Below the pieces are notes generated by a model. That model saw only the letters and a list, made by a program, of their open reading frames with translations. It made no database searches and was not told the origin of the DNA. Below are positions 32,538-41,522 of a stretch of 64,000 nucleotides of DNA, in pieces. The stretch is from NCBI GenBank assembly GCA_963848965.1, contig CAWKFG010000001.1:579181-643180 (forward strand), in the 5' to 3' direction. The stretch's first letter is position 1. Each line of letters starts with the position of its first letter. The position numbers and the translations under genes were made by a program. The DNA is from an uncultured bacterium. Its GTDB lineage: Bacteria > Babelota > Babeliae > Babelales > Babelaceae.

Positions 32538-32670
32538 GATTTCTTTAACTTAGTATTGATGAAAATTATAGGACACAGATAATGAAGAAGCGTTTTTTAC
32601 AACACTCCCTGTTTATAAAATTATGCGACGATTATAATTTTATAAACATCAGAACTCAAAAAGAGAAACC

Positions 32671-33476
32671 TTAGCTGCTTCTTTCCGCTGGCTCTTCGCT
32701 GTCCGATTCTGTAAGATATTCTATAGGCTTAGTGTCAACCATCACCTGAGGCTCTTGTGCATCCAAACGAAGAGGCTCTGGGGCACTGCCAACTATAGAT
32801 GAACCAGTAAGCATTCCCGACTCTTGATGCCAAGTCCATGTTGTATCATATGATTTATACTGTTCTTTAGGCTTAGGGCACTCTTTGCGCTTATTAAAAA
32901 GTGCTCGTGATTTAGCCTGAAAGTGACCTCGCTGTTTTCCAAGATGCTGTTCTTTAAAATGGCGCCTAATAGCATCAAGTGACTTAGCTCGTACAATACA
33001 TTCTGGCCACTTACAAGCGTAATCCTGTGCAATACGATGCTTATCTATATGTTTTATAAAATACGAAAGGCTTATTAACTCCAACGCACATTGAGGACAC
33101 CTATAATCACCATCTATCTTATGTAATTCTAGCACATGTTCTCTTAAATCTTGAATATCCTTAAACTTTTGGCCACAAGGACAATTATAATTGTCTATCT
33201 CATAGAAATTTCCTGAAGAAAGCGCCTTCTGCGCATCTAATAGAGATGCATCACTGCGTACACTTAAAGATTGGCCTGCTGCAAGTAAGTTCTGAACAAC
33301 AGACCTTGATACATGCTCCTTTGGTTCATATGAAGAAAGAACATCTGCTTTTCGCTTACCTAATAGTGACTCCGCTTGCATTGGCTCTGCTTGTACAGCC
33401 CGCTCAAGCTCCATTGCTTGTATTTGCCGCACAGAATCTACCGCATGAATATGCATATGCAAAGTACTTTTCTCAT
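32671..33476 (-). CDS. Secreted C2H2 zinc-finger protein (3 fingers); signal peptide probably frameshifted near 33444
   Basis: CPC..HVLELH, CPQC..HIDKH, CKWPEC..HFKEQH. ATG 33476 gives MRKVLCICIFM, which joins AVDSVRQIQAME if one G is added. ORF track gives 32671..33462. Confidence 0.82.
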
Positions 33477-33536
33477 GAAAAAGATCTTTTTATAAAATTA
33501 TGCGACAATAATAAATAGATCCTTAAAGATTCAAAG

Positions 33537-34903
33537 TTACTTTTCAAAAAAGTCCAACAACTCGTCAAATTCCTGCCCAGAAAGATCATCATACGAACAA
33601 GAAACATCTCCGAAATCAATATCAGACAACAATGAGTCTATTTGATCAGCTTGCAATCCTTCAAAAAGGTTACGATCATCAAACAGTCCATCATCCATTA
33701 TCTTAGCCTCGTTGTGCAAACTTGGAAATTCTTCAAGACGAGGTTTCGTTCTCCTTGAGGGTAACCGAGACAATGATATTTTTGGACTATGCTCTTCTTT
33801 TAAATGTTTACAAAGAGCATCAAACGATTTAGACTTCCTCTTACATCCTGGCCATTTACAACTATAGTCTTTTGCAGTGCGATGTGTATCCAAATGGCTT
33901 AATAAATGCTTAGGGCTAATGAACTCTTTATTACATTTTGGACAGTTAAATTTATTTCCTAGTTCATGCCGCTCCATTATATGATTTCTTAAACTTTTTC
34001 TATCACCAAACTTCTCTCCACAAGGACAATTACAATGCGCTACCTCGTAAAAATCTGCGTCAGATAACAATTTATCTCCATCTGCCGCATTCTCTTTTGT
34101 ACTTAAAGATTGAGCTGCATCTACTAATATTTGAGTAAAAGAAGGTAACCCCTCTTCCTCTTTTTTTCTTGTGGTTTCATAGGACATCCTAGAAGAACGT
34201 GCTGCATAATAGCTACTAACTTATAAGCATTATTACACCGAGAACACTTATACATCTCTCCTACTTTATGCTTTTCCCTTATATGATCTCTCAAGCTGAG
34301 TTGAGCACCAAACTTCTCTCCACAAGTACAATTACAAGGAAATCCCTTTTTCTCTTTTTTCTCTTGTGATCTCATATGACATCTTAGAGCATGCTGTATA
34401 ATACCTGCATATGTCCTATAAGCATTATTGCATCCGGGCACTTTACAAATATAGCTCTTTTGAAAGTGATCTTTATCTATATGACTTATAAAACTTATAA
34501 GACGCACAAATGCTTGTTCACATTGAGGGCATTTATACTCTTTCCCTTTTTTATGCTGCTCTCTTATATGATCATTTAAACTTTCTATAGTATTAAACTT
34601 CCCTCCACAGACACAATTACAATGTGTTACCTTATAGAAATTTGATAAAAATAAATATTGGGCTCTATGTAACATTGCCGCACTATTCTGTACCCCTAAA
34701 GACTCCGCCCCATCAAGCAAGGTTTGAACAAGAGGCACTGCTCCTTTTTCCTTTTGCATTTCTTCAGTTCGCTTTCTCTTTTGTTGCTGCACCTGAATAG
34801 GACCTTCTAACGAACTTTTTTGACCCTCTGCTTGTTCCATACAATACAAAAAGCAGGTAAAGAACATGTTCATAGCATATAGTAGCATAATCGCATAGGT
34901 CAT
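33537..34903 (-). CDS. Secreted C2H2 zinc-finger protein split by a -1 shift at an A7 run (ORFs 34124..34936 and 33537..34187)
   Basis: One extra A at 34161-34167 gives QEKKEEEGLPS, matching the upstream repeat QEKKEKKGFP. Signal ...YCME, acidic C-terminal tail. Confidence 0.78.
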
Positions 34904-34955
34904 CTTTATTTCCCTTTTATTTCTTTTTATAATCAAAGGCTTTGGAGCACATCAT

Positions 34956-37900
34956 CTATTTTTTGTCTTCTAAAAACTGCAGAATATCAAAACCGTCTGA
35001 TTCGGTCTCATCAAAAAGAAAGCGAGAATCATCATCCTCTTGAAGCGCTTGCGGTACTTCGTTCAAACTCTCAGAGCGCAATTCATCATTAAGCCAGCTC
35101 AGAAAATCTTCTTGTTTATCGTGAACTAAAAAATCACCAACAGAAAGCTCATTTGTAACACTATCTACAACAGTATAAGCATCCATATCTAACGCTGAAT
35201 CCTCGTTCATAGCAAACGACTCTTTTTCATGAGAAGCATCCTTATCAGTAACTTCGTTATCTTCATGAGAAAGCTCTTGTATACCCTCGTTTTCAAGTTT
35301 CGTCTTTTTTATCCTATGTTCTTGGAAATACTTCTTATTCATCTCCTGTCTTTGGAGATATTTCTTATAATGATCGTGTACTTCAACTTCTTGACGCGTG
35401 GGGAAAGTTGTGTTGCACGTAACACAGTGATTGTGCATTTTAAAAGCATGGACCACTAATCCACGATAGAATAACTTAGAACAAAGTGGACACTTACTCT
35501 TTTTCCTTTCTGGAATATTAAGCAGCTTCTTCCCTTCTTTATGTTGCTTAAGATGTAGATTCAAACTCCGCTCTTCATAAAACTTTCTGTTACAATGAGG
35601 CCAGTTACAAGAATATGTTTTATTATCATTATTATGACGAGCCTCAAAGTGCATCATAAGCCAAGAAGGATTATCCATTACTGTAGCACAGCCTGGACAC
35701 TTATAGCGCTTTTCATCTGTTTTATGAACCTCTATTATATGCTGTCTTAACAACTCTTTACTTGTAAATCTTTCTTTACATGCACAATCAAAGCTTTTTC
35801 TGTTATAAATACTCTTTAAAGACGGCAAATCAGATTTCTCTTCTAAGCTTGAATCATGATTTTGCTGCATTAAGAACTGGGTTTCGTTCATAGATGTTTG
35901 CATAGTCGATATCTCTGGAACGACAATTTGTGTATTTGTTGAAAGAGCATTCAGCACGTCAAAAGTAGAAGCAATATCTTTAGACGATAAATATGCATTA
36001 TTTTGTAGATGCACTAACTCACCTGCGTCAAGCAAAGTTTGTGTAACCTGAACTTCTGCGCCGCCACTCTCAGCGTCTGAAGAGAGAGCATCTGCCTTGC
36101 GCTTACCTACCACCCGTTCTTTAACAACATCATGTTCAGCTTTCTCTGTTTCATCATACTGCTCTGTTTTAGCAGGGCTAGAAACAGGATCTTTTCTATC
36201 TGCGTTTGGCACATCATCAAAAGTATCATACCTTTGAAAAGTTGGTACACAATCATCTACATTTTGCATTGGATCGTTAAGCCAGTCTACAAAGCTTATA
36301 TTAGCACTAGGAGGAGTGCTTTTAGTCGTTTCTTGAGCTACTGTATCAAAAGGTGATGTTTGTCCTCTTTTTCTCTTTTTTACATCACTTACATTATTCT
36401 TATGCGTATCTAAGTGAACCATCAATTTACTAGGGCTAGGAAATAATTTATTACAAGAAGGACATACATATTTTTGCTCTTGTTTATGAGAATTTATAAC
36501 ATGTGATCTTAAATTTTCGTCGTCTTCAAACTTTTCACCACATACACACTCAAATCTATTTATTACCAAAGCACCTTGCTCGCTAGATGGCACAAGTTGC
36601 ATTTCTTTTGTAGAAGAAAAATCTTGGTTATTCTGATTTTGATCAGACAACAATATTTTATCTCCTTCTTGCTTTCCAGAGGCTACCTGAGAGGGCTTGT
36701 TATGATGCTTATGAGATTGACTTTCTTCAACAGTAGTAAATGTTTTGTTACACGTTAAACACTGCTTATGTATAGTAATAAAATGCTTTTCAAGATTCCG
36801 ACGAGTATTAAACCTTTTGGTACATTCTTTACAAGAAAAGTTTTTTGATCGCTTTCCATTATTCCCATGTTTTGCAATGTGCCTTTGCCTTTTGTATAGC
36901 GAGGTAAACACGCACAAGCATCCGTTCCACGTACAAGCATATAGTTTACGACTTTTATCATGACTATAGATGTGCTCCGTAAATGCAAAAAGCTCTCTCA
37001 TTCCCTTACTACATTGAGGGCAAACATACTTTGACTCTTGATAGTGAGAGTAGACAAGGTGCTCTTTTAAGCCTTCTTCGCTAGCAAACCTTTGACCACA
37101 GGGACATGCAAGATCTAATGGAAGAGATTGTAGGCCAGCTTGCTCCTGTATATGAGCACCATTATTGCCCCCTGAAACAGTCAAAGAGTTACCGCTCTCA
37201 ATTAAGGTCTGAATCAAAGAAGTTCCCTTCTCTTGCTCACTCTGGATATCATCGTCGTTGGTTTTTCCTCTCTCTCTATCAACGACAGTTATAGATGGCA
37301 TCACATTTTCGCGCACCTTTGAAGCATCCTGACTTTCAGGGAAAGATAAAGTTAATTGCACATCTTTGGCACCTTGAGATTCCAGGCCGGTAGTGGGGTC
37401 AGGATGCACTTCCTTTCTTTTCCTAGATTGATAAAAACATTCATGCATTCTTATGTCCATTCCACTAGCAAATGTTCTTCCACAGTGCAAACAGTAGAAA
37501 TGTGACTCAATAAAGTGTGTTTGCAGTACTGCTGCTCTATAAAATTCTTTATTACAGCCTGGCCATCTACATGTATAAATTCTACTATTAGTATGAGCTT
37601 CCATATGTCTAAGACAAAGAGAAGGATACTTAAGTCTCAGATTACAGTGAGGACATATATAACCTTTTGAATCTTTATGAGCACTTATTACATGCTGTGT
37701 CAACTGTTCTTGTCTATTAAACTTTTCCCCACAAAGACAATCAAAGTTATTTACATCATAAAAAGGTGAATCGGTTTCTCCTCTCTCTCTATCAACGATA
37801 GTTATAGATGGCACCACATTTTCGCGCACCTTTGAAGCGCCCTGACTTTCAGGAGAAGATAAAGTTAATTGCATATCCTTGGTTTCTTGAGAGTCCATGT

Positions 37901-38585
37901 GGGTAGTAGCTTCAGGATGCACTACCTTTCTTTTCTTATGAGCTTTCATATGCTTAAGATAACGAGAAGGATATTCAAGTCGCAGATTACAGCGAGGACA
38001 TATATAACCTTGTGGATCTTTATGAGCACTTATTATATGCTGTTTTAACTGTTTTTGTCTATTAAACTTTTCCCCACAAATACAGTCAAAATCATTTACA
38101 TCATAAAGGGGTAAAGAAGCTACAAGTTTTTCACTAACTGCAGACATAGGAGCTATCTGTACCTGTTGACTAACATCTACTAATCCTTGCACAAGTGATA
38201 TGCTCCTGTTGACATTCTGTGCACTCTCAAGAAAGTCATCCATCTTACGCTTACCAGATACTTGAGGTTGCTGAACAGAAACAGGAGATTTCGAATGAGT
38301 TTGTATATGCCTCATAAAATCAGGTAGAGCCTGCAAATACGTAATACACTCTTCTGCTGGACATTCATAATAGCTTCCTTCAGGCGCTTTTATAAAATGC
38401 TCCTTTATAATATGCTCTGAAAGACTCTTCTTATTTTCAAACATCTGCTTACAAACACAATTATGAAGTATCGCAAGCAAAGGTTTGCTTACAAAACTTT
38501 GTTCCTTCTCTGTCTGTTCCATACTATACAAGAAGCCTGCAGAAAAGAGAGCAATAATAACTATTATTACATATATTTTATTCAT
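34956..38585 (-). CDS. Large secreted multi-C2H2 zinc-finger protein (1209 aa) with internal duplications
   Basis: Signal ...YSME, many CxC/CxxC...HxxxH fingers, KRK motifs, acidic C-terminus. Confidence 0.92.
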   Translation of the reverse strand: MNKIYVIIVIIALFSAGFLYSMEQTEKEQSFVSKPLLAILHNCVCKQMFENKKSLSEHIIKEHFIKAPEGSYYECPAEECITYLQALPDFMRHIQTHSKSPVSVQQPQVSGKRKMDDFLESAQNVNRSISLVQGLVDVSQQVQIAPMSAVSEKLVASLPLYDVNDFDCICGEKFNRQKQLKQHIISAHKDPQGYICPRCNLRLEYPSRYLKHMKAHKKRKVVHPEATTHMDSQETKDMQLTLSSPESQGASKVRENVVPSITIVDRERGETDSPFYDVNNFDCLCGEKFNRQEQLTQHVISAHKDSKGYICPHCNLRLKYPSLCLRHMEAHTNSRIYTCRWPGCNKEFYRAAVLQTHFIESHFYCLHCGRTFASGMDIRMHECFYQSRKRKEVHPDPTTGLESQGAKDVQLTLSFPESQDASKVRENVMPSITVVDRERGKTNDDDIQSEQEKGTSLIQTLIESGNSLTVSGGNNGAHIQEQAGLQSLPLDLACPCGQRFASEEGLKEHLVYSHYQESKYVCPQCSKGMRELFAFTEHIYSHDKSRKLYACTWNGCLCVFTSLYKRQRHIAKHGNNGKRSKNFSCKECTKRFNTRRNLEKHFITIHKQCLTCNKTFTTVEESQSHKHHNKPSQVASGKQEGDKILLSDQNQNNQDFSSTKEMQLVPSSEQGALVINRFECVCGEKFEDDENLRSHVINSHKQEQKYVCPSCNKLFPSPSKLMVHLDTHKNNVSDVKKRKRGQTSPFDTVAQETTKSTPPSANISFVDWLNDPMQNVDDCVPTFQRYDTFDDVPNADRKDPVSSPAKTEQYDETEKAEHDVVKERVVGKRKADALSSDAESGGAEVQVTQTLLDAGELVHLQNNAYLSSKDIASTFDVLNALSTNTQIVVPEISTMQTSMNETQFLMQQNHDSSLEEKSDLPSLKSIYNRKSFDCACKERFTSKELLRQHIIEVHKTDEKRYKCPGCATVMDNPSWLMMHFEARHNNDNKTYSCNWPHCNRKFYEERSLNLHLKQHKEGKKLLNIPERKKSKCPLCSKLFYRGLVVHAFKMHNHCVTCNTTFPTRQEVEVHDHYKKYLQRQEMNKKYFQEHRIKKTKLENEGIQELSHEDNEVTDKDASHEKESFAMNEDSALDMDAYTVVDSVTNELSVGDFLVHDKQEDFLSWLNDELRSESLNEVPQALQEDDDSRFLFDETESDGFDILQFLEDKK
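37261..37930. repeat. Internal direct repeats in the large zinc-finger gene
   Basis: About 37261-37415 matches about 37773-37930 (linker). About 37600-37765 matches about 37945-38106 (finger pair). Confidence 0.85.
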
Positions 38586-38612
38586 ATTTTTATTTTGACT
38601 ATATTTTATTGT

Positions 38613-40463
38613 TTAACTATCTTTTTCTCCTAAAAATTGCAAAACATCGTCAGAGGTAGCAATAATTTCTGTTTCATCCTGCTCTGTTTTAGCAGGGCTA
38701 GATACTCTATCTTGCATATTTATATTTAACACATCACTAAAATTGTTAGCGCTTTGAAAATTATATAAAGCATTCATGTCCTGCGCTGGATCGTTAAGCC
38801 AATCTACAAAGCCTAGATCAGTATTACTAATGACATCTTTAGTCATTTCTTTAGCTGATACATTTTGAGAAAGTTCAGAAGAAATTATTGGCCTTTTTTT
38901 CTTACGTTTTACATTATTACTTTTATGGGTATTCAGGTGGTCTCTCATTTGTCGCAATGAGCTGAAAACTTTCGAACAACTATCCCAATCACATGCATAA
39001 CTTACATTACTTCTATGACGATCTAAATGATACAACAACTTTATAGGTCGCCCTTTAAAGTGAGCTTCACAAGCAGGACAAGTATACCCTGAAGCTTGCT
39101 TATGAAAGCCTACAATATGTCTCTTTAAATTCTCTTCATATTTAAACTTTTCACCGCATACACAATCAAACTTATTTATTTTAAACTTTCTTATTCCAGG
39201 TTTTTTTATTTCATTTTGATTTTCATCAGAGGAGATCTTTTGTTCTAGTCCATCTTGCTCTTTAGGCGAGCTATTGCTATTTAATATCTGCAAAGATCGG
39301 CTTGACTGCATTAAAGTCTGAATAAGAGAAGCTTTATGTATATCTTGTTCATCACTAGAAAGAGCATCTGCTTTACGCTTACTACCAACTATAACCTCCT
39401 CAGCTGCTCCTATCTCTGCTTGTTGTATATGAGTTGCAGGTTGCTCCTGAATGTGCATAGTATAAGAAAGCTCTTTAGTACCTTGATCGCTATCGGAATA
39501 TGATGTTTCCTCTCTTTTACGCTTTTCAGAAGATATTCTAGAGTTTCCTTTGTAATGCTCATGAGATTGCATCTCTTCACTAGTAGAAAAAGTTTCATTA
39601 CAAGTAAAACATTGCTTATGTGCACTAAAAAAGTGTTCCTCAAGATACGTTTTCTGCCAAAACCTACAACCACATTTTCTACATAAAAAATTCCCTACTA
39701 ACACATTAGATTTTTCGTGCTTTTTTTTAACATGCGCTTGTCTCTCTCTTATTGAAGAAAAAACTTTCAGGCACCCTTGCACAGGACAGGTATAACACTT
39801 ATCATTAATACTATGAATATCCATGTGCCCTATAAACGTAACAAGCCCTGCAATAGACTTACTACATTTAGGACAAATATACTGCGATCCTTGGCAATGA
39901 GAACGTATAATATGTTCTTTTAAGCCATCTTCATTAATAAATTTTTGGTCACAGGCACATTCAAAGCCTACTTGCTCATGCGCATGAGCAACACTGTTGC
40001 TCTCAGATACAAACAAAGAGCTGCTACTATTAATTAAGGTCTGCGCCAAAGAAGTTTTTCTCTCTTTTTCGCTTAAGCTGTTCTTTTCAGATGCCTGTAC
40101 TTCTTGCCTTACTAGAGCTTGTTCAGGCTCAGCGGCTTGGAACAGCTGTCCAGAAGGAGCAACGCTTGTATGAGTTTGCATATGTTGCATAAAACCAGGA
40201 AGTGTTTTTACGTACTCACAACATACTTGCGCTGGACATACATAGTAATCACCTTCTGGCGCTTTTATAAAATGCTCATTTATAGCGTGCTGCAAAAGTT
40301 GCATTTTATTAGAAAACGATTGCCTACATGCACATGGGTGTACGATAGCAAGCGCTACCGGCACGCTAAGCTTGCTAGACTTATTCTCTGCAGGAACCAT
40401 TCCATAGAGAATACTGTCAATCCTAAAAAGCATAAAAACCAGCACAATATGATAATAGTTCAT
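38613..40463 (-). CDS. Secreted multi-C2H2 zinc-finger protein, paralog of 34956..38585
   Basis: Shared EHFIKAPEG, FVDWLNDP and SSPAKTEQ blocks. KRKKKR basic patch. Confidence 0.92.
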   Translation of the reverse strand: MNYYHIVLVFMLFRIDSILYGMVPAENKSSKLSVPVALAIVHPCACRQSFSNKMQLLQHAINEHFIKAPEGDYYVCPAQVCCEYVKTLPGFMQHMQTHTSVAPSGQLFQAAEPEQALVRQEVQASEKNSLSEKERKTSLAQTLINSSSSLFVSESNSVAHAHEQVGFECACDQKFINEDGLKEHIIRSHCQGSQYICPKCSKSIAGLVTFIGHMDIHSINDKCYTCPVQGCLKVFSSIRERQAHVKKKHEKSNVLVGNFLCRKCGCRFWQKTYLEEHFFSAHKQCFTCNETFSTSEEMQSHEHYKGNSRISSEKRKREETSYSDSDQGTKELSYTMHIQEQPATHIQQAEIGAAEEVIVGSKRKADALSSDEQDIHKASLIQTLMQSSRSLQILNSNSSPKEQDGLEQKISSDENQNEIKKPGIRKFKINKFDCVCGEKFKYEENLKRHIVGFHKQASGYTCPACEAHFKGRPIKLLYHLDRHRSNVSYACDWDSCSKVFSSLRQMRDHLNTHKSNNVKRKKKRPIISSELSQNVSAKEMTKDVISNTDLGFVDWLNDPAQDMNALYNFQSANNFSDVLNINMQDRVSSPAKTEQDETEIIATSDDVLQFLGEKDS

Positions 40464-40608
40464 TGTTCTTTCCTTACATGAAAGATGGAATTTTATATTT
40501 CAAAAATAGAATTTTTATTGTAATAAGTATACTGCGCACTCAGTACAAATGCAAGCTAGCTACTTACAACTGCCTCTGCTTACCCTACAGCCACGAACCG
40601 TTTTCAAG

Positions 40609-41331
40609 TTATTGTTTTTCTTTGCTTTGTAAAAGCATGTGGTAGATCTTTGTACTTACCGAGCCTTCTCCCTGTTGACAAGCAAGATTTTGAGCAAACC
40701 AAAGCTCTCTATCAGAAACAGGAGCACTATACTTAAGCAAAAGTTCTACTAAAGAAAGATCTTTTCTACCTACTGCTATACTCAGAAAGCTATACAACAC
40801 TGGATATTTGCAAGGACAACCAGTAAAAGGATCTATTGAAGTAAGAATTTCCATGGTTGGACTAACAACACCCGTACTTATATAATTTTTTATCTCCTCA
40901 ACGACTAAAGTACTACCTGGCGCCTTAAGAAGCTCTACAAATTCCTTGTTAAAGAGTATATAAGCATGCCACCAAGAAGTTGCTGCCTCAGTGCCTATCT
41001 CTTTCACCACCTCCAAAATCATATTTGAATATACTCCTCTACAACCTCTTGAAAAGACTCGCGCCAAATGGGTAATAATATCCCCCACTTGCCGAGCGTC
41101 ACACAAAGCTTTAGAGTGATACTTTTTAAGCCAACTTACATAGTTTGATAAAGTACTCTTTTCAAGAGCTGGATTAAAAGGAAAATAACGCGCTAATTCG
41201 TCAAAGAGTTCTCTTGGAAGAAACGCTAAATATGAATGCTCTCGTTTTTCTTTGGATAAATAAGCAAGCCCCTTAAGAGAAAAGGTACATAAGATCGCCA
41301 TACTTAAAAAGACATATTTATTATTTTTCAT
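40609..41331 (-). CDS. Secreted hypothetical protein with YLAFLPREL motif and a degenerate ankyrin-like C-terminus
   Basis: Hydrophobic N-terminus. LSIAVGRKDLSLVELLLKYSA resembles one ankyrin repeat. Confidence 0.8.
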   Translation of the reverse strand: MKNNKYVFLSMAILCTFSLKGLAYLSKEKREHSYLAFLPRELFDELARYFPFNPALEKSTLSNYVSWLKKYHSKALCDARQVGDIITHLARVFSRGCRGVYSNMILEVVKEIGTEAATSWWHAYILFNKEFVELLKAPGSTLVVEEIKNYISTGVVSPTMEILTSIDPFTGCPCKYPVLYSFLSIAVGRKDLSLVELLLKYSAPVSDRELWFAQNLACQQGEGSVSTKIYHMLLQSKEKQ

Positions 41332-41522
41332 ACTAATTCTTTCTTTATTTTCTAATAAATCATCGCTAATAGAAATATATCAAATTTTTTGATATATTTC
41401 CACTTTTACCAATAGCTCCCGTAGTGCTAAAAGACAGCGCCACTTGACTCTCTCCTACAAGCTGGTACCATTAAACAATAACAATATTTACTCAAATTGC
41501 ATATAAACCAAAGGAAGCGCAT

